Origin: Macrostomum lignano
Taxonomy: Eukaryota
Direction: 5' to 3'
Assembly (NCBI GenBank): GCA_002269645.1
Contig: NIVC01005061.1
Span: forward strand, 1-27,458
Length of the DNA: 27,458 nucleotides
The position numbers and the translations under genes are program-made. The notes beneath the pieces were generated by a model. That model saw only the letters and a list, made by a program, of their open reading frames with translations, searched no databases and was not told where the DNA came from. Shown in pieces: positions 1-8,340 of the stretch. Every line of letters begins with the position of its first letter. Position 1 is the stretch's first letter.

Positions 1-83
1 TTCGGTGCTGTCGGTTTGGTGCTGTCGTATTTTAGGTTCAGCGTATTGAGACTGATCGTATAGAGAATTTGTTGGGGGGCCAT
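1..83 (-). CDS. 5' end of gasdermin-X-like gene of copy A (runs off window)
   Basis: Minus strand GAAAAATG at 83 reads MAPQQILY...KPTAP. It is syntenic with 19371-20071 of copy C (MDAQNSLY..PTAP) and partly similar. Confidence 0.5.
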   Translation of the reverse strand, partial: MAPQQILYTISLNTLNLKYDSTKPTAP

Positions 84-136
84 TTTTCCCTAGAAAAAAT
101 ATAAAAAATTATAAAGCTATCCGGTTGAAATATCTG

Positions 137-946
137 TTATTTTCTCTTTGGTATTTCATCTGCAGTAATGATCGAAGGAGCAGTAGATTCTGCTTCATCA
201 ATAGCAATGTCACGAAGATTGAGTGTTCTCTCAAGACGATTAAGCCTCTTTAGTGTTTTACCCAAGAGCTATACATTCCATTTAGATAGCTACTGTGTGA
301 TACATCGTTTCTCTCTAATGCTTGAAGTCTTTCTTTAATTCTATCATGCAACGCTGTTGACTGGTTCATGAACTCTTCTAAATTCCTCACTTTAACTGTG
401 TTTGTGAAAAATTCTTTTTCAAGAATGCGCATCTGTCTAGCAGTAGAATTTCTCAGAAGATTAATTGTCAATACCAACCCGTTGATTTGCGAGACTGCCG
501 AAGTTATTTCTGACCTTAGTTCAAACCTGTACATAAAGCTTATCACGTTCAAACTTCTGCCTGGCCACTTTTATGCGGAGATCTTCTATGTTTATCTGTA
601 GCTGGTGCTTTGATCGCTCTAATTGTTTCAGTCTGTTTTTATTCAGTTTGATCTCTGGGATCTCTTCGGCTTTAATAAAATGTTGTTGCTGTGGTTGTGG
701 TTGTTGTTGTTGCTGTTGTTGTGGTTGTTCTAGATATTTTATGACTTCCCCCTGATCTTGCAAACCGAACCATACTTTGATGTGCTTGTACTTTTTGAAT
801 CTAGTCAGGTTGACACCGTTATCATACATAAGTCTCAGGACTTCTGGGGCCTTTAGTATTTCTATATCTCTACCAAGAGCAAAAGTCACTAGATCTCTAT
901 AGTTCTTTAGCTGTTTGTCCGAGATTCTCTCTTGGTTCTTGGTCAT
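137..946 (-). pseudogene. Fusion ORF: Q-rich protein N-terminus joined to coiled-coil protein (frameshifted)
   Basis: ORFs 521-946 and 250-552. MTKNQERISDKQLKNY...Q-tract matches C 22730-23009, IPEIKLNKNRLK...LHDRIK matches C 20460-20810, and the tail RLNRLERTLNL matches C RIGRLERLHNL. Confidence 0.75.
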
Positions 947-951
947 AAAAT

Positions 952-1467
952 TCAGTAAGGTTTCTGTGAAAAAATGCTCTTAGTTTCCGAGCCTTTGAAA
1001 ACAGAAATATTTTCCTTATTTATGTCGATATAATATTCCACTGGTTCATTATAAATATTTTTTCTCCACATACTTATTCCAAATACATATTTCCCATCAT
1101 GTTCTACACGCTCTACTGGTCCAAAAATGTTATCTGTCACTTTTAGTTGCTGTTGTTGTGGTTGTGATTGTTGTGGTTGCGGCTGTTTCTGTGGTTGCGG
1201 CTGTTGTGGTTGCGGTTGTATCTGTGGTGCTTCTGGAATTTTGCCCAAAACCTTTTGCACCTGGGTTTCCTGTATGTCGTCGATAGTTTCTTTGACCTGA
1301 TCAATATTTTTCTTAGCTTCTCCATACCCGGGCTTATGAAACTCTGTGGCTGCTTGGACAAACTCATTGTAGGATTGTTGCTCCTTATTTATTAGCCCGG
1401 TAACTCGTTTCTCTGCTTGTGCTAGCTTCTCCAATTCAGATATCTGCTGTGTACTTTTTCGCTTCAT
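952..1467 (-). CDS. Maverick hypothetical Q/P-rich protein (copy A)
   Basis: 171-aa ORF, near-identical to 23048-23494 but with a longer QP tract. Head-to-head with the capsid gene. Confidence 0.75.
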   Translation of the reverse strand: MKRKSTQQISELEKLAQAEKRVTGLINKEQQSYNEFVQAATEFHKPGYGEAKKNIDQVKETIDDIQETQVQKVLGKIPEAPQIQPQPQQPQPQKQPQPQQSQPQQQQLKVTDNIFGPVERVEHDGKYVFGISMWRKNIYNEPVEYYIDINKENISVFKGSETKSIFSQKPY

Positions 1468-1497
1468 TTCTTATTTTATTTTATTTTTAGTTAAAAA

Positions 1498-1559
1498 ATG
1501 AACGACCCACTGACACCAGTTTTCTACAAAATGAACAAGCCTATTTTGAGTGATGATAG
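1498..1559 (+). pseudogene. 5' stub of major capsid protein gene, truncated by insertion
   Basis: MNDPLTPVFYKMNKPILSDD matches the start of the ORF at 23525. Confidence 0.9.
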
Positions 1560-1813
1560 TGTAGTGACTGGCTGCTATCTGGTTATTCAGCAGCATTCAC
1601 TAGCTTTCCCTAAGGGCGCTGTGATCCGCTGCACAGTAGCTCAGTCCACCTGATCTAGTGAGAGAGATACCCTGTGCTGGGCCTAAGTGTTTACTGCCCG
1701 ATGACTCATCGCCTGAGCAGGCGTGGGCAGCCACACTCAATGTCTTCCCACTCGCGCTGAGAGGCGTAGCAGGATGACTCATCACCTGCGCGGAGTGTAA
1801 TGGCTGCCCAGAG
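1560..1813. mobile_element. Probable 5' part of an LTR, interrupted by Maverick B
   Basis: Begins TGTAGTG exactly at the capsid-gene break, is non-homologous to the Maverick and has two GATGACTCATC (AP-1 core) motifs. The other end is not in the window. Confidence 0.5.
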
Positions 1814-1857
1814 AGTAGAAGGCATGAGGGGGCTTCTGGGACAAAATTTTTCACCTC

Positions 1858-2143
1858 CTCCATAATCCACCTAAATCCATCCATATTATCCCTGACAGAA
1901 TCAGAAAAAAAGGGGGGTCGCACTCGCTAACAAAACGTCCTCCATAATCCACCTAAATCCTTCCATATTATCCCTGACAGAATAAGAAAAAAAAGGGGGG
2001 TCGCACCCGCTCACAAAACGTCCTCCATAATCCCATTAAATCCATCCATATTATCCCCGAAAGAATCATGAAAAAGGGGAGGGGCCGCACTTGCTCCGAA
2101 AACTTTAATCCCATTAAATCCATCCATATTATGACTGACAGAA
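1858..2143 (+). repeat. ~83-bp tandem subrepeats inside TIR (3.5 units in B, 2.5 in C)
   Basis: CTCCATAATCC..TAAATCCATCCATATTATCCC..ACAGAAT units start at 1858, 1940 and 2023, followed by a partial unit. Confidence 0.9.
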
Positions 2144-2355
2144 TATGGGAATATGGGTCCACTGATACCTGTTATGCTCACTGACACAGACATAATCCAC
2201 TGACATCCATCCATAGCATCTTCGAAACAATCAGAAAAAAATATGCATTCTTCTCCCCACATTCAATTCGCAACATGAAACCAGATCCCTAAAACTTTAA
2301 ACCCCCTAACCCAGGGTCCTTACCCTTTGAAAAAAAAATTAAATTTTCTCTAAAA

Positions 2356-2972
2356 ATGTTTCCAGTTGTCTCTCCAGGTTCTTATTACAAAGCGCACGAG
2401 CCTAATTACAAGAGTAAGTACCGATGCAAACTAGAATGCAGCGAGTACATGAGAAAATATTGGCCCGACGTTGATATCAATGTCCCTAATATTAATCTAG
2501 CTCTCCAAAGACACTGGTTTCATAAGTATGGAGTAACCTACGTAAAAGATTACGACAGCTACTGTGACGTAGCGAGTTCGAGATGTAGTCAGCGATTAAT
2601 TAATTATTAGTTGTTTATTTATTAGTTATTTATTTATTGGTTAGCTAGTTCAGTTATTAGTAGTGTTGACACGCATGGTACGAGACAAAATGCCGAGTTG
2701 AGGAGAGTACAAAAAACGAGCGCGAGGTAACAATTTAAATTGTCAAGATGTCTATCAAAAAAGTAATAACAACTTGGACTGAAATAAATAAAACTTCAAG
2801 TACATTTTTTTCTAAATAAATTACATTGAATTAATAGCTGGGAAACCTGCAAATTAATCAACTACAATAATTTGAAGTAATAAAAACTCAGATAGAAACT
2901 AAAAATTTAAGATGCTAACGACATCGTCACAGCTACTATAACTTTGCAGAAATAATTAGGCAATTGCGTTAG
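2356..2972 (+). pseudogene. TIR-encoded ~80-aa protein disrupted by solo LTR
   Basis: MFPVVSPGSYY...KDYDSY then LTR. Removing 2563-2936 restores YNFAEIIRQLR*, as in 9666-9905. Confidence 0.8.
2563..2931. mobile_element. Solo LTR, 369 bp
   Basis: TGTGACG...CGTCACA inverted termini, 5-bp TSD GCTAC (2558-2562 and 2932-2936) and internal AATAAA. Absent from both TIRs of C. Confidence 0.9.
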
Positions 2973-2991
2973 GCGTGTGAAAGTACTAACA

Positions 2992-3383
2992 TTTAAAAAT
3001 GGCCCCACTGGTAGCCATTCTAAGCGTTCTCATTGGTTGATAAGATTATACTAAAGAGAGAGTGGAAATGACTTGTTACTAAAAATAACTCAAGACAGAT
3101 ATTGCGATCGTGTCAATTTAAAATTGGCTGGCCCCACTGGTAGCCATTCTAAGCGTTCTCATTGGTTGATAAGATTATACTAAAGAGAGAGTGGAAATGA
3201 CTTGTTACTAAAAATAACTCAAGACTGCTAATACGGTCGTATTTAAAATTGGCTGGCCCCACTGGTAGCCATTCTAAGCGTTCTCATTGGTTGATAAGAT
3301 TATACTAAAGAGAGAGTGGAAATGACTTGTTACTAAAAATAACTCAAGACTGATATTGCGATCGTCTCAATTTAAAATTGGCT
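2992..3383. repeat. Three ~125-129-bp direct repeats with ~104-bp invariant core and short variable linkers
   Basis: GGCCCCACTGG...CTCAAGAC at 3001, 3130 and 3255. Each unit has ATTGG (CCAAT) and TGATAA motifs. Confidence 0.95.
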
Positions 3384-3402
3384 AAGTCATAACCCGTAAC
3401 CG

Positions 3403-4041
3403 TCACTGTCTCCACATCGCCGCATCCGCCTGGTAGCGAACCTCGTCCCGAATGAGCTTCATATTTTCCAGAACGAAGCTAACTGGTACGGCGCAGCGTT
3501 GTAAGGCCGGAAATTCTGTCAATAAGTCGTACACTCTCAACTTCTTGTCCAAAGTCTGCCTCGATACTTGTAGATTAAGCCGTCGAATTATATTCCGAAC
3601 CGACTTTAGTGTACGTTTGAGCCGGTGAATGATGGAGCCGATGTAAAATGACACAATTAATGTGCGCTTATCATAAAAATTCTCATGCTGAAATAATTCC
3701 ACCAGCATGTTCTGTACAGTGGGTAGAACAGTGGGTAGATGACGAAAGTTCAACGCGTGCATACTTTCCTCGATAACTGATAGCTCCCTTGTTGGCGCTT
3801 GAACTTCGACTCCATACGAAGCACGAAGGCGCTGGAAAACAGCAGCTACTCGTGCTTCGTAGGTGGAAATATCGCGTTGGGTTTGTCCTTCCATGCGAGC
3901 CAAATCGTGCTGTATTTCCTCTTCTTTGAAATTTTCAAACAATTGTTGGAGTCCATCTCTCTGCTCTAAAGGTGTTAAATTAATCAAATCGTTCACAAAT
4001 GCGTTAAGTCGAGCGGTTCTAACTGTAATTCTTTCAGCCAT
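3403..4041 (-). CDS. Orphan 212-aa alpha-helical protein of the variable cassette (possible DNA-binding protein)
   Basis: Intact ORF. Collinear motifs are shared with 10455-11078 (LRASY/LRTAY, IG/LG, FPALQRCAV/YPVLQRSAM). Confidence 0.8.
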   Translation of the reverse strand: MAERITVRTARLNAFVNDLINLTPLEQRDGLQQLFENFKEEEIQHDLARMEGQTQRDISTYEARVAAVFQRLRASYGVEVQAPTRELSVIEESMHALNFRHLPTVLPTVQNMLVELFQHENFYDKRTLIVSFYIGSIIHRLKRTLKSVRNIIRRLNLQVSRQTLDKKLRVYDLLTEFPALQRCAVPVSFVLENMKLIRDEVRYQADAAMWRQ

Positions 4042-4708
4042 TGCGTTTTCTAATAGGAATTGAGTGAAGAGGGCTGGCTGGCTTCCGCCTATACTTAAAA
4101 ACCGTCATGTAGGGTTTGAGGTGGTAGTGGTTGCTGCGCCGCGCCAATATTTTGGCAATTGGAAAGGAAAGCCGTCTCCACACTAGGTAGTCTTTCGTGC
4201 TATGAACTGACTGGTTGATTGGGGTTGCCAAAGCGGAAAGGAAAGCATGCGTGGAAGTTGTACATTCGCAAAATCGATTAAAAGGCTACGCTCCTTAAGC
4301 AAATAGCAGTCGATCAACCACATAACCTCTCTCTGCTTCTCAACTTTTCAAATGCAGCTGTTGCGTTCGGCCAGGGCTGAGAATAATAGTTAAACCCTTC
4401 CCGACTCAAACGCCTCTCTCTACTCCCCCCATATCTTCATACCGTAGAGACCAACTAGGCGGGCCACATTCCGAGGCCAAATCGGCGGGCCGAGGCCAAC
4501 TCGGCGGGCCAACTGGCCTCGCAATTTGGCCAATAATCAATATCAATCAAACATACACAGTCCATGCATGCTAATGGCGGCGAAGCGGTTGACTTTTTAT
4601 TTTCTGCTCTTAGCTCTCTGGAGAATGAGAATCTCTCTTGTGCGCAACTCTTTAGGGAATAAAAAACTGTACTTACTCAAATCCACACTTGCTCATGCCC
4701 TTCCCGAT

Positions 4709-5209
4709 TCAAGCGCCCCTTTCTACCCCCAGCTCTTTCAGCAGTCTTCCTAGTACCTTGTGAGGTGCGCACAAAATAAACCCGGCTCCCGTGCGTTCGC
4801 CCTCTCTCCCCGTGCACTCGCCCTCTCTCCCCAAACACCCGCCCTCGGCGTACACCCCCAACCCCAGTTTTGTCTTACTAAAAATAACAGCTTTAACTAG
4901 CTTCCGAGCGATCGACTCCTTCCACCCGCTTGAAGCCCCTATATTGTCTAGTCTCTTAAGCATTTCTTTGTCCCAGCGATTCTTCTCCTCAGGAAAATCT
5001 CTATATTTAACATCGTGCCACATGCAGACAGAGTCTAGCTCGTTCACAGGCTCATGCCCAGGATGTGGATTATTGTTTTTATCTAGCTGTATTTCAAGTG
5101 GATTCAAAGGCCCGCAATATTTATAGCCGGGAAGTGTCCAGCCTTTGTTCGGATGAGGAAGCTTTTCTATCAGTCCATGTGAATCTAACTTACCACCAGA
5201 GCGCTGCAT
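4709..5209 (-). CDS. PLA2X: parvovirus-type phospholipase A2 domain protein
   Basis: WTLPGYKYCGPLN Ca-loop-like motif and VCMWHDVKY catalytic HD motif. Likely start is MQRSGG at 5209. The C-terminus is uncertain. Confidence 0.85.
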   Translation of the reverse strand: MQRSGGKLDSHGLIEKLPHPNKGWTLPGYKYCGPLNPLEIQLDKNNNPHPGHEPVNELDSVCMWHDVKYRDFPEEKNRWDKEMLKRLDNIGASSGWKESIARKLVKAVIFSKTKLGLGVYAEGGCLGREGECTGREGERTGAGFILCAPHKVLGRLLKELGVERGA

Positions 5210-5239
5210 TATTTTATTTAAAATTTTCTTTTTAAATAA

Positions 5240-6277
5240 ATGACAGATCAGAAACTTAAAAAACTCTACTACAGCGACAAAGGATTCTTTGTAGGCAAAA
5301 ATGCCGTTAGTAAACTCATGGAGCTGAGTAAGGAACCAAAAGCTACAGTAGAAAAATGGCTCTCTAAGCAGGCTGTCTTTCAAGTCTATTTCCCACCAGT
5401 AAAATTTGAAAGGCCCCATTTCAGTATTTATAAACCTAATGAAGCGCACCAAGCAGATCTTTTGTTTCTCCCCAATGACTCAGGCTACAAGTATGCTCTT
5501 ACAATTATTGACATTGCTTCCAGATATAAGGAAGCTCGCCCACTCAAGACGAAGAAGTCAGAGGTTGTTGCCAGCGCACTGCAAGATATTTATAAAAACT
5601 CTCCGCTCACATACCCCCAAATCTTTATGACCGACCCGGGTAAGGAATTCATGGGTGTAGTGAAATCCCTTATGGAAAAGAAAAACACAGAGATTCGCTA
5701 TGGCAGAACAAACTTGCACAGAGACCAGGCTTTTGTGGAAAGATTCAATCTAACTCTAGCCAAGAGACTATTCACTAAGCAGACAGCGCAAGAACTCAAA
5801 CTGAGTGCGGGGCAGTACTATACCAAGTGGACAGAAAGACTCCCCACTGTTATAGAGCAACTGAACAATGAAGTCACACGCATGACTGGATTGAAACCAT
5901 CCCATGCAATTAAACAAGACACTGTCGAACTTAAGGCATCTCATAGAACAGACAACAACACGACAACCCCACACAACACACACAACACAAAACACACCTC
6001 GAACTACCCTAAGCTTCCAGGAGTTGAATCACCATACATACTGACAAACTCTGAGTTTCTACGCTTTTTATATCTACCTGGAGAGCTAGAGAATGACACC
6101 AAAAGAAGAGCTACAGATCCATACTTCAGCCTTGATGTGCATAAAATAGACAGACATTTTACCTCCGACTCCGGTGACTATTACTTTTTATCTCAAGCCT
6201 TTAACCCTAAATCCCCCACGCGGTCATTCACTAGAGCTGAACTCCTAGTGATACCAGCTGACACAGAAATTAATTAA
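5240..6277 (+). CDS. int: Retroviral-type DDE integrase (Maverick c-integrase)
   Basis: HQADLLFL, FMTDPGKEF and FVERFN supply the D-D-E triad. RRATDP C-terminal motif. Intact 345 aa. Confidence 0.95.
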   Translation: MTDQKLKKLYYSDKGFFVGKNAVSKLMELSKEPKATVEKWLSKQAVFQVYFPPVKFERPHFSIYKPNEAHQADLLFLPNDSGYKYALTIIDIASRYKEARPLKTKKSEVVASALQDIYKNSPLTYPQIFMTDPGKEFMGVVKSLMEKKNTEIRYGRTNLHRDQAFVERFNLTLAKRLFTKQTAQELKLSAGQYYTKWTERLPTVIEQLNNEVTRMTGLKPSHAIKQDTVELKASHRTDNNTTTPHNTHNTKHTSNYPKLPGVESPYILTNSEFLRFLYLPGELENDTKRRATDPYFSLDVHKIDRHFTSDSGDYYFLSQAFNPKSPTRSFTRAELLVIPADTEIN

Positions 6278-6293
6278 AATAATAAAATATTAA

Positions 6294-6740
6294 ATGACAA
6301 AGATTGAAACTAGAACCCTCAATAAACTCAATAATATCATTGAATCAAAGAAACCAGGTATTATATCAATTAAAGGTGTCAAAGTAAAAATCGATCCCAC
6401 GCAGCAAATAGTTCAGTGTAATGAACAAGGACACAGCATCACAGATGAAAAGTCAGGAGGAATCCTACCATTAGCAGCTCTTATTCCGATCATTGCAGGC
6501 GCTGTAAGTGCCGCAGGTGGTGTAGCTGGAGGTGTAGCAACTGCTGTTAAAGCTGGGAATGATAGAGCCCACCAGCTGGAATTGCAAAAGATTGCAAGAG
6601 ACAAAGGTATAACAATTAAGGCAGGAGAGGGCTGCCCCGATCGTGATGATTGTGAGAATGAAAATTCTATAAGCAAGTCTGACATTGTCAAAGCCATCAT
6701 GACACTGCACAATGCTGGGTTTACAATAATGCGGATGTGA
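6294..6740 (+). CDS. Adenovirus pX-like core/membrane protein
   Basis: SGGILPLAALIPIIAGAVSAAGG resembles adenovirus pX GGFLPALIPIIAAAIG. Intact 148 aa. Confidence 0.7.
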   Translation: MTKIETRTLNKLNNIIESKKPGIISIKGVKVKIDPTQQIVQCNEQGHSITDEKSGGILPLAALIPIIAGAVSAAGGVAGGVATAVKAGNDRAHQLELQKIARDKGITIKAGEGCPDRDDCENENSISKSDIVKAIMTLHNAGFTIMRM

Positions 6741-6821
6741 TGAGGTTTAAAACCCCACTTTATCCAGCTTCATAAACCTAATACTACTTATAGGATGTAG
6801 AAACAGTTCAACTTTTCTATC

Positions 6822-6835
6822 AGGGTGGTCACCCT
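6822..6835. promoter_or_regulatory. AGGGT-N4-ACCCT palindrome 28 bp upstream of polB ATG
   Basis: Same motif at 2313, 9623, 15062 and 25960, always 27-29 bp from an ATG. Confidence 0.5.
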
Positions 6836-8274
6836 CAAAATTTTTTTTATATTTTCGAGAAAAATGCCAAAAGCTAATCCAGCAAGAGATTTAGTCAACA
6901 AATATTTTTCAAAAGGCGTCTCATTTCAAGACAAAAGTAATTCACTAAGAGAAGCATGCAAACAAAAGTTCAACACCGACCCTGGTCACCTGGGAAGCTA
7001 TGAAAAACAGTTGGAAATCATCAATCAATTAGAATCAAACCAGTATGCGCCTATACAAAATCCTGCAAAGGAACACCAAGAGAGGAGTCGCAACTTAGTT
7101 AACAAATATGAAACTCTCACTGGTGAAAAAGCAAAGTACCCACAAAATAAGCAGGAACAAGAGAAATTAGAGCAATTAATCCATTTAAAAGAGTCGGAGC
7201 TTGCCACTGAAGAGATTAATTTTGCACAGACGAAGTTTACAGAACATTACATAGAGTACACAATCCCAATTAACGGCACCAACGGTACCACCGCAAACAT
7301 CTACGACTATAAAGACAGCATCCAATCAGTTGTTGATCACACACTCAAAACACGCAAGACCTTTAAACTACAGATATCATTCAAGATTGCGTTTTATATG
7401 CCTGCAAAACCCACTGAGCATCTCGAGTATTACATGACAACAAAGGCAAAGCCATTCACCCCAACAGACACACTGGATCCTTTCCTTCAAGATGTCAATA
7501 AGAAAATTGAAGCGTTTACATCCAGAGGTTCCGGATGGGTCGTGGGAGGGATTCAAAGAGCGACTGTCAGGGTCATGAAATATGACCCACTTAAAGCCTC
7601 CTCTTATATAGAGCTCCCGCATAAGCTAGCCGGTAAAAAAGCTTGCATAAATGTTAAAAATAAAGACAATTGCTGTGCTCTATGGGCAGTTCTTTCTGCA
7701 CTTTTTAGTGTCCCTTTACCACCCCGAAAGAACCTCAAATTATCAAAATTATTTTAACTACTATCTCATTGAATGCGAAAAGAAGGGAATCAGGTTTGAC
7801 AAAGGAGGCTTGGCAATCTCTCAGATCCCAAAGCTAGAAGAAGTGTTTAATAACAAAATTAGAATCACAGTCTTTGAGTGGAGTGAGAAAACTGAGAAAG
7901 TTCAACCGGTCAGATGTAGCAAAGACGTTTTAGATCCCGAGGGGAAAAGGCGGACTGAAGTGGATCTTCTAGTGATTGGTAATTTACTAGAGGAGGCTCA
8001 CTATGTTTGGATTAAAGATCTTTCAAGACTCATACACAAGCAGTTGAATAATCATCACGAGGCTGTTGCCATCTGCCGCTTGTGCCTTAAGCATTACAGT
8101 GGACCTGAACGCTTTGAAAAACTAGCAGAGCATGAATTATCATGCGAGGATCACCCGACAAACTGCTCTCTTCCTTCAGCTGAAGAGAAGTATCTCCGGT
8201 TTAAGAACTATCACAAGATGGAGAAGCTCCCATTTGTTGTATATGCTGATTTCGAATGCTCAATCGTGCCAGAA

Positions 8275-8340
8275 ACTCAAAAACAAACTCCAACTCAAAA
8301 ACAAACTCCAACTCAAAAACAAACTCAAACTCAAAAACAT
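8275..8340 (+). repeat. 18-bp in-frame repeat (TQKQTP x3) in polB; same at 16511-16575
   Basis: ACTCAAAAACAAACTCCA units. Confidence 0.9.

Larger units (their letters stand above)
1..1559 (+). mobile_element. Maverick/Polinton copy A, internal fragment (gasdermin-X start to hexon start), with ~1.9-kb internal deletion relative to copy C
   Basis: About 680-1559 matches 22730-23586 and about 330-670 matches 20460-20810 of element C. Homology stops abruptly after GATGATAG at 1559. Confidence 0.9.
1814..2966 (+). repeat. Left TIR of copy B (includes inserted solo LTR)
   Basis: Homologous to 9217-9903 and to the reverse complement of 25697-26369 once 2563-2936 is removed. Confidence 0.9.

Noticed and set aside
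680-725. (TTG/CTG)n microsatellites here and at 1145-1215, 22735-22785 and 23210-23245
   Set aside because: Explained as polyQ/QP coding tracts on the minus strand.
965-980. Programmed -1 frameshift joining 952-1467 to 521-946
   Set aside because: The T6C run is not in X XXY YYZ phase and copy C differs here. An indel or two separate genes are equally possible.
2992-3383. CRISPR-like repeat/spacer structure
   Set aside because: Repeat is ~104 bp, linkers are 16-20 bp, and linkers 1 and 3 are near-identical. It is a tandem repeat.
4876-4890. TACTAAAAATAAC shared between PLA2X coding sequence and the 125-bp repeats
   Set aside because: A short AT-rich match with no flanking similarity; probably chance.
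5210-5452. N-terminal extension of the PLA2X ORF (also 13459-13701)
   Set aside because: It is the antisense of the integrase start. MQRSGG is the more plausible start.
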